DNA of 20,000 nucleotides from Atractiella rhizophila (taxonomy: Eukaryota). Made by a program: the position numbers and the translations under genes. Positions 9,538 to 20,000 of this stretch are shown here, piece after piece (within the stretch, counting starts at the first letter, position 1; the number at the start of each line of letters is the position of its first letter). The notes under the pieces were generated by a model. That model saw only the letters and a program-made list of their open reading frames with translations, was not told the DNA's origin and made no database searches. The stretch is taken from NCBI GenBank assembly GCA_021432655.1, contig MU271434.1, forward strand, positions 46,316 through 66,315, in the 5' to 3' direction.

Positions 9538-10794
9538 TTATACATCGTCATCAGCGTGTGTGTAGAATCGTCTGAACGCACTGATCACAATGCCTCGTGC
9601 CGTCCACCAAGCCTTATGCTCTGCAAATTCTTCAAGACTACAATCGAACACTTTCAATTGTTTCCAACGACGGCTGCACACAAAATCCTTGACATGTTCC
9701 AGAAAATTCTCCTCTGTTGACGTTATCGTTTGGTCTCGACGAGGTATATAGTTCAAATGGGATATTGGAGAGTGTTCGAACAGATGAGCAGTCCCAACGT
9801 CAAGAGCACAACGGTGTAAGAAAAGCATTTGCAAGTTCGGGAACGCGATGTTGCTTGCTTTTGCCCATTCGGCGGAAGGAAAGCGAAGATGAATATTTAG
9901 AAGCGCAAGAGCTTTCAAGTTTTCCGCTATGGGAAGGAAAATAGAAATACAGGTTTCCAGCGGACGGGAAGGCTGTTGGAACGGCGCATAAAGACCAAAA
10001 GACGAGACTGAAGAAGGAACCACTGGATTTAGAAACGGTGGGAAATATTCGTCTCGCACGTAGTCCTGCCAATAATGTACACAGAGAGTTTCGAGGTTGT
10101 TGAACGAGCTGAACCCAGTCTCGAGCACCTGCGGATTCACAAGGTCCGTGACGAGGTATAGTTTTTTGGCTGATAAGAAGCAACGTAGGGTACAAGGTAA
10201 CATTAGCTGACGAGGTCCAAGGTTCGTCAAGGTCAAACGGATAGTGAGCCTCTCGGCAGAAGGGACAGTCCCAATGAGACGGAGGCAACGAAACTGCTGC
10301 TCTAACATACTTGCGTCTTCCTCGAAAGCGGCGGCATTGCGACACTCGAAAAGTAGCTCTTCCAGCGCGCACCTCCCTCTCTCAACCACAGAATGGTGAT
10401 AGCAAGTCCAAAACTGTTCAAGATAGTTCCACAGGAATCCGACAACATGGCGGTCCGTCATTTCTTCTGTTTCGCCTTGATCCCAGCCTCCATTATGCCA
10501 CGTTACTTTTCGACCTTCGATGATGATGGATACCCTTTTGACGGAGGATGCAAAGGACCATGGGAAAGTTTCCAGTGGAAGCAAATGATGAGGCGATTTT
10601 CGAGGCTTGGGAGCATATTTGTTGGCGTGCGAAGAAAAGTTGAGAGATTCGAATAAAGCTGGGAGTGAGAGAGCGCGGAGGAGTCGTGACGTTATGGATA
10701 AAGTGAGTAAGGTTGGCTTGTAAGATAGCGCGGGGAGGTGAGAAATTACTTCGGCCTGGAGTTCGGGAGGGAGCTCGTAAAATGGGAAGTGCAT
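9538..10794 (-). CDS. F-box-like protein with degenerate LRR/RNI-like C-terminal region, intronless, 418 aa
   Basis: Uninterrupted ORF. N-terminus FYELPPELQAEVISHL...LSITSRLLRALSLPALF matches the fungal F-box pattern; downstream segments NNLETLCV, ENLKALALLNI, PNLQMLFLHRC and KQLKVFD are LRR-like. Confidence 0.75.
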   Translation of the reverse strand: MHFPFYELPPELQAEVISHLPALSYKPTLLTLSITSRLLRALSLPALFESLNFSSHANKYAPKPRKSPHHLLPLETFPWSFASSVKRVSIIIEGRKVTWHNGGWDQGETEEMTDRHVVGFLWNYLEQFWTCYHHSVVERGRCALEELLFECRNAAAFEEDASMLEQQFRCLRLIGTVPSAERLTIRLTLTNLGPRQLMLPCTLRCFLSAKKLYLVTDLVNPQVLETGFSSFNNLETLCVHYWQDYVRDEYFPPFLNPVVPSSVSSFGLYAPFQQPSRPLETCISIFLPIAENLKALALLNIHLRFPSAEWAKASNIAFPNLQMLFLHRCALDVGTAHLFEHSPISHLNYIPRRDQTITSTEENFLEHVKDFVCSRRWKQLKVFDCSLEEFAEHKAWWTARGIVISAFRRFYTHADDDV

Positions 10795-11341
10795 GATAGA
10801 TACAAACTCGGTTCAACTACATGAGGGGCTGCTCGGAAGGAAGCATTCGAATCGTCCTGTCTGACGAGCCTAACAGGTTGTAAGGCAAACTATTAGTTTT
10901 CGGTAATTTATCCGCAAAATATATAAAGCAAACACCAGGAACAGAGAACCAGAATATTCGTTGAGACTCTTGAGAGCAGTGGTCCCCATCCTTAATATTT
11001 ATATTCAAGAAATACTTCGGGTATACCTCAGTGCTTACCAGAATGTGGCGACTTGACTTTTATGCCAATGCCTGTCCGGTCAAGATAGCAGAATTTGATA
11101 AGTGTGCCATAGAAGGTCGGCATCACCTGGCTGCCAGTTCAGAAGTGCTGCGGTTAAACAAAGAATAATAAGTTCTACGAGTCCGATGTTTTGGTTAATG
11201 GCCGAATTCTAACCATTATACCTTGGGGTGTTGCAGAGACATCTACAGCTAGCCCAGTGTACCTGCCAGTGATCAGATTAGACTCCTTCCAGACTGCGTT
11301 CAGACTTCGCTTCGTGGGCATAGAGTGCATACAGTGCAACT

Positions 11342-14300
11342 ATGGAGGCTCCGACGCTAGCAACCTTCAGCTCTCCCACATTCTCTCCCTCGCAACTGCT
11401 CTCTTCGCTGTCCTCCTCCACATCTGTGTCACAACTAGAGAACTCCATATCTTCCCTTCTCCCGCTGCGTCGGCAGGTTCAGCAAGAGATTCAGACAATC
11501 CAAGGGGAATGCTCGAAACAAGAGAAGGAATGGAAGCGCACGGTGAAGAAGGCGGAGGAAGGATGGGAGAACTTGGAGAAGGATTTCGAGCGCGCGATGG
11601 AAGGTAGGATTGGGGAGGTTGGGAGGAGAGCTGTGGGAATTGGTATGTGCCTCATCTGTGTTATGATATTTAGGTTTTGTGTTACGTGCTGCTTAGCTTG
11701 TTGGGGAGCGTTTTGGGTCCATTCACACAAGTGTAGTTTAATGCCCGTCATGCTCGGCTACCAGTTAGATATAATGTGTGATGTGTCCGTCGCGCTGTTA
11801 AGAGAGAATGGGAGCAGCATATGTTACTTGAGCTTGATTACTACTGCACATTTGTGCAATTGCCGGAGACATAACGGTGCAATATGGAACTAATGCTGTG
11901 CCCTTCAGGTGAACAATTAGAATCTCTGTCCCGACAACGCGACCGTGCGTCCGAAGCACACGACCTGATCCTGTACTACAACGATTTCTGGCGAGGGGAC
12001 ACAACGCGTCTGGAAACGTTACGAAAAAACGGAGGGAAAGAGGGACGATTGAAGATTGCCATCGCTTGCAGACGCTTGGTTGCTATCTCGAAATCTATTC
12101 AAGATTCTGGAGGCCTCGATGGTGGAGAAGAGACGCGAGATAGGATAGAGAAGTATTGCGAGAGGTTCGAAAAGGAGATTCTGAGGTTGTTTGATAAGGC
12201 TTATCGCAAAGGAGACCCTAAAATGATGAGCGTAAGTTTTGTCCTTACAGAAAGAAGAGTATTGATGTTGTAGCATAGCATTGTGCCCAAGTGCTTCTCG
12301 AATTCAATGGAGGGAATTCTTGCGTGCAAATATTTGTCAACCAGCACGATTTCTTCTATTCAAAGGATCGAATTTCGTATGCAGAACGTATAGAAGATGG
12401 AGTCATGTACGTCCCTTCCATGATCGTTTCGGTTCCTCTCACATGTGGCTGCCGCTCAGCTGGGAGTCATTACCCTTTCCCGAATCACTACCACCAAAAT
12501 CAGAGCCAGGTCTTACTCATCTGTATAAAGAGATCAAAGAAACGGTTCAAAATGAGGCACACATAATCAATGCCGTTTTCCCCAATCCTGGAACTGTCAT
12601 GAGTGTTTTCTTGCAGAGGGTCTTTGGTCAAGTCGTACGCCGCTTCATGGTTCACTCTATGTCACACTCTTCACAAGTGTTGAATTAGATACAAAACTAC
12701 CTCGAGCGCCTCCTGACCGCTTCTACCACAACTTCCACCCTCGCCTTCCTACGCATCCTCCATCTCGCACGGTCTCAAACAACGCAACTCGTAGAAGACA
12801 TCAAGTCTCTCGAATTCTTCCGCACCACAACCCTATCTTCCGTCTCCCCACTCTCTCCTACTCGCGCAGAGACCCTTCTCTCCCCGACGAAGGCCGAAAT
12901 GTCGATACCTGGCGTATCTGGTCAAAGCATCGGCTCCCTGACAGGGATGCTCGACCAGATCGTGGAGGAAGTCTTCGTCCCGTGGATGGAGGCTGAGGGG
13001 AATCGATACCTTGAAAAGGAGGTCAAGAGCTTGAACGAGCTGTATGCGAGTTTCTTGCTCAAATTCACAGAGTGGCATGTGCGTGTCCTCTCCTCTCCTA
13101 TGGCGGAGGAACTCACAAGTAAAGCAGCGACAAGCTAATAAGACGAAGCCTTCCAACACACTATTTGATCGAATGGTGAATCAAGTATCTGCCGCCGCTC
13201 ATGCTGCCCAAACGTCAGCTGCCTCCTCGTTTCAGACCCAAGCAGATTCAGCGGAATATTCTCGATTCAAGAATTTGCTCAAGATATCTGGTATGAGTAA
13301 GTCGGAGGGAAAGGAGGAGATTGTAGAAGAGCGCGTGGATGTCAAAGAAGGGGATGGGAACCTTGACTTGGAGAGGGCGGAAAAGATGCTCAAATGGCAC
13401 GCAGAAGCTGTTGGACGAATGGTCGAGTTGAGTCCACCTGGGGATGTGTATGTATTTTCCCTCATACGGCCCGCTGGCTGATAAGGATAGCTAGACCAAA
13501 GAGCTCATTTATGCTCATGCGTCTGCTGGCGGACAGCTATGGGCGAGCGTATATCGAAACTGCACTAGACACGTTTGTCCTTGCTTCTTCACTCTTACTT
13601 TGAATTAACTTGCCTTCTCGATAGCGCCTTAGCTTCCATTTCTAGTTATGACGGAAAGGTGGAACCTGACCTTAAACCCATTGCTGCCATCCGCCTAGCA
13701 GACATGGTCATGCATCTCATGCAACGCTACGTGACAACGGCGCTTTTGCCACTTGCTTCGTCCTCAGTCACTGTTCGTCGAGAGATGTCGATCTACAACA
13801 ATCATCTGGTGGTGCGAATAGAAGGGAAAATCAATTCCATTGTACAGCGCACTACAGATGGTACTTTTTCGCTAGTATCTGTCTGTAGTTTTGCTGATGG
13901 TGTGAACTCAGCAATTATATCGTGGCTCTCAGTTCTTCTCGCACGACAGAAGAGGACGGATTTCCGGCCAAAGCAGGATGATCTCTTTGAACTCTTTAAC
14001 ACAGAAGCTTGTTCGAGTTGTTGCGATTTCCTGACGAGAGTAAAGGATTCCGCAATCATTGGCATGAGTGGGAAGAACCTTGAGATGTTCTTGACTGAAG
14101 TTGGCATCACTTTTCACGCGTAGGTTTTCTCGTAAGAATATGGAAGGAAGTCCTGAGGACGCAAGCAGTTTACTTCTCGAGCATTACAAGAAGTTCCCTG
14201 TAAATGCTACAGGTGGTCTGTTCCTTACAAAGTACGTCCTGAACACTGCTATAAACACGCACTGACTATCTGTCAGTGACCTTGTCCTTTATCTCAACAC

Positions 14301-14682
14301 TGTCACTGCTTTCGGTATCACCCAACTCACTGATCGATTCGAAATGCTGCGACAGCTTGCAAATGTCTTCATTGTTCGACCAGAGACCTTGAAATCAGTC
14401 ATGTCCGAATCCTACCTCTCACGGATTGACGATCGCCTGCTTCGACCCTACCTCATGATGCGTTCCGACTGGGGAGACTACTCAAAGAAGTATTGGGAAG
14501 AGGTTTTGGGTGCACCAGCTGGAGATTTGGATGATGCGAAGAAAGGAGGAATGGACAGGATGAGGGGTTTGATGAAGGAGCTTGATAGGTTCAGCATGTC
14601 CAACGTGGGCATGTACGGTTATGGCTACGCCCAGACAATGTATGGAATGATGGGCGACATAGAAAGGAAGCCAACGATGTGA
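11342..14682 (+). CDS. SEC10: Exocyst complex component Sec10
   Basis: About 11 exons; the first intron is 11643-11908. Segments IGEQLESLSRQRDRASEAHDLILYY, IEKYCERFEKEILRLFDKAYRKGDPKMM, FNGGNSCVQIFVNQHDFF, INAVFPNP, LARQKRTDFRPK, HYKKFPVNATGGLFLT and LRQLANVFIVRPETLK match fungal Sec10. The start codon is less certain. Confidence 0.9.
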
Positions 14683-14820
14683 GTCGTAGCCAGAACTGCT
14701 TTCAGTTATTGTTGTAATGCTATGTTTCCACGGTATATGTGAACGCCGAGTCAATGCGATCGACTGTCCAGGAATTATAGAGGACATATATACGAAGTCC
14801 ATTATGAAGTCAAGCGATGT

Positions 14821-16607
14821 TCAAGAAATGATACAGTTCTTTCCCTCATCCTCTTCCTCTCCTTTCTTCTCCCAAGGTTCCTCCCCAAGTTCAAACATGT
14901 ACAGCGAGCCACCATAACACTTGATTTCGACAGCATCCTTGTCAGGAATCACCTCCAACCCATCCCTCGTAACGACAGTCATCGCTCTCACGATGCCGCC
15001 GCTTCCCCTCCTCCCCGTTTCCTCCTCGCTATCCTCAGCATCCTGCTCCTCCTCCTGCACCGGAAAGTTGTATCCGCTCGCCGCTTTCTTTCCTTTCGGT
15101 TTGTTGAGAATCTCTCCGACTCCAATACCCTGGTCTAATTGCCAGAGGTTGAGACGTTTGCGCATTAGGGGAGAGGGGCGGAAGACTCCTCCTTTGATTT
15201 TGAAGGAGAGCGGACCGGAGAATTGTGGTGGGAGGAAGAGCTGGATGTTGCCGTTGGACGACCGAAGGTGAAGTGTTACGAGCTGTTTTGAATGTCGCGA
15301 GAACTGTAACGTACCATCATCAGAATCGTACAATTCAGGGGAAGGGAAGCACAGAAAAGAGGAAGGTCATAACGTACGATTTCGGTTTTCACGTTCCCAT
15401 TCCCACTTCCGACGACAATATGTGTCCTCGTCTTCAGCTTCTTCTTCGGCGGCTGCTCCTTGCTCTTCCCATCCTTACACTCAAACCGACTCTTCACATG
15501 TCCACTCTCAGAAAATATATAAGCACTAGAGGTGTACCAGAAACCCTTGCTATCATCAGCGGGTGGATAGCGTCTTTTCATCATGGGTCCAGCTGACGGA
15601 GGAGTGGAAAATGGTTGTTGCTTAATCGACGGATCGAGAGTGAAGCAACCTGAGAGGCTATCGGAGGCGGATATGAGACGGAGATGGGACAGGGGAGGTT
15701 GAGAAGGTTCGAAAGGCTGGATCACACGTTTTCCATTCGTCGTCGAAGGAGTGCCAGGGGAGTCAAGCGTTCCATTCGCGTTTGCATTCGAGGCGGAACG
15801 AGACCGTCGTGAGACTAAGGACGGAGCAGGAGAGGGTGTGCGAGTCGTAAGAGTCGGAACTGAGAGTTGGATCGGTCCCCCAGTCGCGACTACGGTGCCG
15901 GTAGAACTTTCGGGAAAGGAGGGAGTGCGGGATATGCCAGAGTTGAGCGTACTTGACGACTGTTTCGAATTCAACTTCCTGCTCGACTTCATCTTCGCAG
16001 GTGGGGTAGGTGCAGGCGGTGGTATTTCAGGGTGATACGTGGTGTAAGGGGTTTCAGAGGGATTGTGAAGTTGCAACTTGGAAGTGGACGCAGTCGGAAG
16101 TGGCGGCGATGGAGTCGGTTTCATGAGAGGTGGAGTCGGCGCGGCAGGCGGTACAGGTGGGGCTGGAGGTAATGGCGGCACAGGAGGCATCGGCGGTTGA
16201 AAATGGGAGGATGATGGAGTTGAAGACTGTCGAAGTCGCTCCATCGCACCTGCAAGGGCAGGAATCCGTGCGGAGGATGGAGAAGGGGACGGAGGAACTG
16301 GTATTGGCTGCCTCGGTGGTAGACTAGGTGGAGAAGAGGTAGGATCAGGAAGCTCCTCGACATACTCTTCATAGGCTGGAGGAGCAGTCATGGTGCTCAA
16401 TACGGAAAAGCTGCGATCAAGGCTTGCGCCAGCGCCGCGGGAGGAGGTGGTAGCCAGGTGGAAGGACGCATGATTCGTGATGGGATGACTAGGGAGTGGT
16501 CGCACGACCCGCCCAGAAGAGAAAGTGCTGCTACTGGTACTGCTGGGTGGGCGAGAGGTTGCCTGAGGTGGTACCATCTTGACATGGCCGTTTTCATCGA
16601 CAATCAT
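14821..16607 (-). CDS. Uncharacterised protein: Pro/Ser-rich disordered N-terminus, beta-rich C-terminal domain (DUF7330-like by recollection), C-terminal CaaX
   Basis: ORFs 15276-16607 and 14821-15333 are joined by GT-AG intron 15377-15304. The domain contains SGCFTLDPS, GSGNGNVK and LRSSNGNIQLFLPPQFSGPL, and the protein ends KNCIIS*. An upstream exon or 5' UTR intron (donor near 16738) is possible. Confidence 0.75.
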
Positions 16608-17274
16608 ATTGACTGCTCTTCTGCACTACACAAGCAAGAAGTCAGTTCCAACCCAGGACTGATGGCAAAGACATCTCCGTGGTATCTTCGGACCTCGCTA
16701 GCGTATAGACAATTCTGACGGAACAGAATCAATCATACAGAAAGGCCATTCCATTCTGGTTGATATGGCGTATGCCGATAGTTGCACGGCTGTTAACCAA
16801 ACATATTGCTAGGGAGGCATAATCGAATGCTTTTTTATCATAGCCAACCATCAACTACTTTCTCCCCCTCCCTCCCAAAATCCTCAGAAGCAACTGGACC
16901 CACCTGGAGACTGAAGTTCAAACACCGTAACGTTTCAAGCAGAGGACCAAGCAATCGCCAAAGTCAACAGGCAGTATTTCTTCTGTATTTCAGCTTGCAC
17001 ACCGCTCGGAATGTCGTATCTGCGCTGGTCCGGCCTTTGAAACCCTTGTCGTCGCTGAAGAAGCTGTTGATTCCTGATTCCTGAATGGGACACGACTCAC
17101 AGATCCGAACATGAATTCCGTCCGCCAGACAAGGGAAACATTTATTTCTTGAACACGCACATCAACACCAGCTAAAAAGTAGACATTTACTATAAACCAA
17201 TAATATTCTTGTTGGCACGTTTGTCCAATGCTTCCGGTGTATGCTGACGAATTTTTAGCACCTGAAACTGTCCA

Positions 17275-18270
17275 ATGTCGCTCACATTCGTTCGTCGAGC
17301 TTCAACGACTGCTCCGAGAGCTGCAAAAGCGCTGCCCACACTCCCAATCAACTTTTCAACGCTCCTACCCGCTGGGTACGAAGTCTCCTCCGTACTCATC
17401 CCTCCTCCCATCCCTCGAAAGTCCAAAAAACCGTCAGCAGCGCGCGACTACCTCTTCAACCACTACCGGAACGTGATAGGTTCGACAGAGACAGAAAAGA
17501 CGCCCGTCCTCCTCTTCTTCCAACACAAGGATTTTTCGACCAGCGAGTGGAGCGCGTTGAGGGAAGAGGTGTCGAAGGTGTGGAAGAAGGAGGTGGAACG
17601 GTTGAAGAAGTTGGACCCTGCTTTGAAGGAGGTGTTGGAGGATGAAGGGATGGGGAAACCCAAGATCACCGTGGTTAGGAAGACGATGCTAGCCCCCGTG
17701 CTCCGAAGTTTGAAGGAACAATCGCTTCCAACAGGGCTGACGACCAAAAAAGGCAAACCCATCCCCCCGCCTCCATTCCCTGCCGAACAAATGGCGCCAG
17801 TCTTCGACTACCTCAACGTCCTCCCAGGACCAAAGGCCGTCCTCACCCTCCCATTCCTTGACCCTCGAGCGCTCCTCCGGATCCTCAAAGTGTGCCAAAA
17901 ACATTCGAAGACGCCGAATCCACGGCTGGAGGGGAAGACGCAAGCTGCGTCTGCGGCTGCAGAGGAAGAAGGAGGGGCGAAGAAAGCGGGGAGGTGGGTT
18001 TTGATCGATGAGAAGAAGAGGGAGAAAGAGCGCTTCTTTTTCATCGGCGGATTGGTACAGGGAATACCGGTGAATGAGGCGCAGGTGTTGGAGGTGGCGA
18101 ATGGGCCGGGATTGAGGGAGAGCCAGGCTATGATCGTTGGATTGTTGGAGGGAAATATGCAGCAGTTGGTTGGGACGGTGGAGAGTGTGCAGAATCAGTT
18201 GGCGTGGACTTTGGAGGCTGCGGTGGAGAAGATGGGGGAGGGAGAAGGAGAAGAGGCAAAAGCGGAATGA
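17275..18270 (+). CDS. MRPL11: Mitochondrial ribosomal protein uL10m (yeast Mrpl11-like), intronless, 331 aa
   Basis: Arg/Ser/Ala-rich presequence-like N-terminus. L10-type segments RDYLFNHY, LLFFQHKDFSTSEWSALREEV, ITVVRKTML, PGPKAVL and FIGGLVQG...LRESQAMIVGLL. Confidence 0.78.
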   Translation: MSLTFVRRASTTAPRAAKALPTLPINFSTLLPAGYEVSSVLIPPPIPRKSKKPSAARDYLFNHYRNVIGSTETEKTPVLLFFQHKDFSTSEWSALREEVSKVWKKEVERLKKLDPALKEVLEDEGMGKPKITVVRKTMLAPVLRSLKEQSLPTGLTTKKGKPIPPPPFPAEQMAPVFDYLNVLPGPKAVLTLPFLDPRALLRILKVCQKHSKTPNPRLEGKTQAASAAAEEEGGAKKAGRWVLIDEKKREKERFFFIGGLVQGIPVNEAQVLEVANGPGLRESQAMIVGLLEGNMQQLVGTVESVQNQLAWTLEAAVEKMGEGEGEEAKAE

Positions 18271-18418
18271 GCCACTATCGTGGATGCTTTCTATCACTGC
18301 ACTGCAACGTAGTTAATGCTTCAAGCTTTCCGACTCTTCGATGCCGACACATTTGACAGGTGAAGAAAGATATGCATAAACAGATTACAGGCGTCGTATG
18401 TATAAGTAAAGTCATGAT

Positions 18419-19581
18419 CTACACTGCACCAAGCTTCACGAAGCCATTCGCAGCAGTCTGAGCAGCAGTCGCCTCTGCCTTCTCCGCCATCTCATCCGTC
18501 ACTTCCGGTGCCTCCACATCATCCAACAACTCCTTAAAGTTCTTCTCTATGGCATCGCTCGGCCGCTTCGTCTGCTCGTTTTGTTTAATCACTGTCGTCT
18601 GATCCAGCGCCTGGATCTTGACCAGCTTCTCCTCAAACTCCTTCGTGTCCTCCCCATTCTCGAGTCGCATGTCCATCTCCACTTGGTAGATGTTACAGCT
18701 CGGACGGAACCGCCATATCTGGCGTGCGCGACGGTCGGTTGGACCCTGCTCATACATTTGTTGGAGCTCTGCGTTGTCTGAACACTGCCAAATCGCATAG
18801 CTAGCTCACAAACCAACCATCAGTGCTCACTGCAGACAGACGGAGACAGAGAGTGAGGTGGCGCACCGTCGATCCGTCAGGGGTCCGTGCTTATGTTCTC
18901 CCTCGACAAAGAAGAAGAGTTTAGGATGGGTCAGGTACGGAAACTGCTTTCGGACGCTATCCATGGTTTCTCGTTTGTTCAGACCGGCGATACGACAGGT
19001 GGAAGTGTACTTGTCCTCGATTGGCCAGAGGTCGGCAATGATGTCGAGGTTGAAAAGACGGTCGGGAGGTTGGGAACGGACGACTTTGTGTGCGCGTTTG
19101 AGGTGCTCGAAGGAGTGCCATTGGATTAAAATCGTTCCTAGCGGGTTCTCTTCCTCCACGTTGTTGTCCCTGTATGGTGTCAAAACAAAAGTCAGTGCAC
19201 TGAATTATAATTTGAAAGGAAGAGAGGAACAACGCACAGGTGGTAGAAACGAGAGGCCCAATTCCGCAATCCTCCAGTCGCAAACCACAAATTTTTCCTA
19301 AACCACATATGATACTTCTTCTTATTCTCTAGCGGCAGCTGTATGGTAGGATTGATGGCGCTCCAGTACCCTCGCTCAGGATGCATAGTCCAAGACGTAG
19401 GGTCGTAATATCCTGACGGATGGTGCTCCATTTCTATCGGAGACGGCACTTCATAAGGTCTCGACTTTTCTGTGTAACGAAAGAAATTCGTTTCTTTCTT
19501 GCCCAATGTTTCTGGGGCGGAGGACGTCGCTGCATTGTAGAACCGCTTCGCTGCTGCTGCTGACGGTGGTCGAAGATGCAT
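18419..19581 (-). CDS. Uncharacterised, probably mitochondrial protein with degenerate RRM-like segments
   Basis: Exons 19581-19238, 19169-18867 and 18800-18419, with GTGCG..AG introns, splice into one open frame. N-terminus MHLRPPSAAAAKRFYNAA resembles a mitochondrial presequence. Confidence 0.72.
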
Positions 19582-19734
19582 CGTGGTGGTTTCCAGCAAA
19601 AAAGTGTTGGTCAAACCTTGGCACCACTTTACTTTAAGCTTTCAAAGTTTTCGTTGTAACTCACGAGATAAAGTTACACCAAGTGTGAAGACGAACACTC
19701 CACTTTGCATCTATTCCACGTCCTTTTTGCAGAA

Positions 19735-20000
19735 ATGGCAGCACAACAGCCCTACATCGACCATCTCCTCAGCTCACTCTCCCAAACCCTCACCTTTCTG
19801 CACTCCCAAAACATCATAACCCTCCAACAGAAGAACATCATCCTCGACCAACTGCCACACATTCCCTCGTCCATGCCAACGGGTGTCCCTATGGGAGCTA
19901 ACACGACGAGAGAAAACAGCATCAAGCCATGGCAGCAAAAGGTGGCCGAGCCTTCCTCAGTCCAACCACTCCGCGTCACCTCCCCAGCTCAAACCGTCTC
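19735..20000 (+). CDS. 5' part of a probable Lsb1/Pin3-like SH3-domain protein; runs off the window
   Basis: Open frame MAAQQPYIDHLLSSLSQTLTFLHSQNIITLQQKNIILDQLP... continues to the window end. It resembles the Lsb1/Pin3 N-terminal pattern (LxFL...nvI......I...LP). It is absent from the ORF track because no stop lies inside the window, and the SH3 domain itself is not visible. Confidence 0.6.
   Translation, partial: MAAQQPYIDHLLSSLSQTLTFLHSQNIITLQQKNIILDQLPHIPSSMPTGVPMGANTTRENSIKPWQQKVAEPSSVQPLRVTSPAQTV

Noticed and set aside
9800..10372. 190-aa alternative-frame ORF within the F-box gene
   Set aside because: It has no recognisable motifs and an Arg/Ser-rich off-frame composition.
10795..11341. 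Intergenic region inspected for snRNA, snoRNA or a small gene
   Set aside because: I found no recognisable RNA motif, repeat or spliceable ORF; it is treated as a divergent promoter.
16740..17274. ORF 16806-17084 and nearby short ORFs
   Set aside because: ORF 16806-17084 has a non-ATG start, none has recognisable features, and the region is consistent with UTR/promoter sequence.
17689..18297. 202-aa antisense ORF over uL10m
   Set aside because: It is explained by the purine-rich codon bias of the sense gene, which gives a Leu/His/Pro-rich shadow.
1..20000. Transposons, CRISPR arrays, prokaryotic defence or operon-like systems
   Set aside because: The DNA is eukaryotic with spliced genes throughout. 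I saw no transposase or reverse-transcriptase motifs, LTR/TIR pairs or regularly spaced repeats.

Overview
Gene-dense, intron-rich fungal DNA with short GT-AG introns of about 42-75 nt; it is most likely a basidiomycete (inference from intron style and protein families). In order, the window holds: a partial 3-ketoacyl-CoA thiolase (-), tRNA-Lys(UUU), a hot-dog-fold thioesterase ending in the peroxisomal signal SKL (+), an ITPase HAM1 (-) with a GC-AG first intron and an apparent frameshift, two tandem diverged Rpd3/Clr6-type class I histone deacetylases (+,+), an intronless F-box protein (-), exocyst SEC10 (+), a proline-rich protein with PPxY and CaaX motifs (-), mitoribosomal uL10m (+), an unknown probably mitochondrial protein with RRM-like segments (-), and the 5' part of an Lsb1/Pin3-like gene (+). 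I see no mobile element, CRISPR array or clearly new multi-gene system. The best leads are the broken HAM1 frame, the HDAC pair (shared motif in unusually long first introns, a possible poison exon, an altered FPGTG loop, conserved tail motifs, an intergenic overlapping palindrome) and the head-to-head thiolase/thioesterase pair around a tRNA. Gene models were spliced by hand and no database searches were run.
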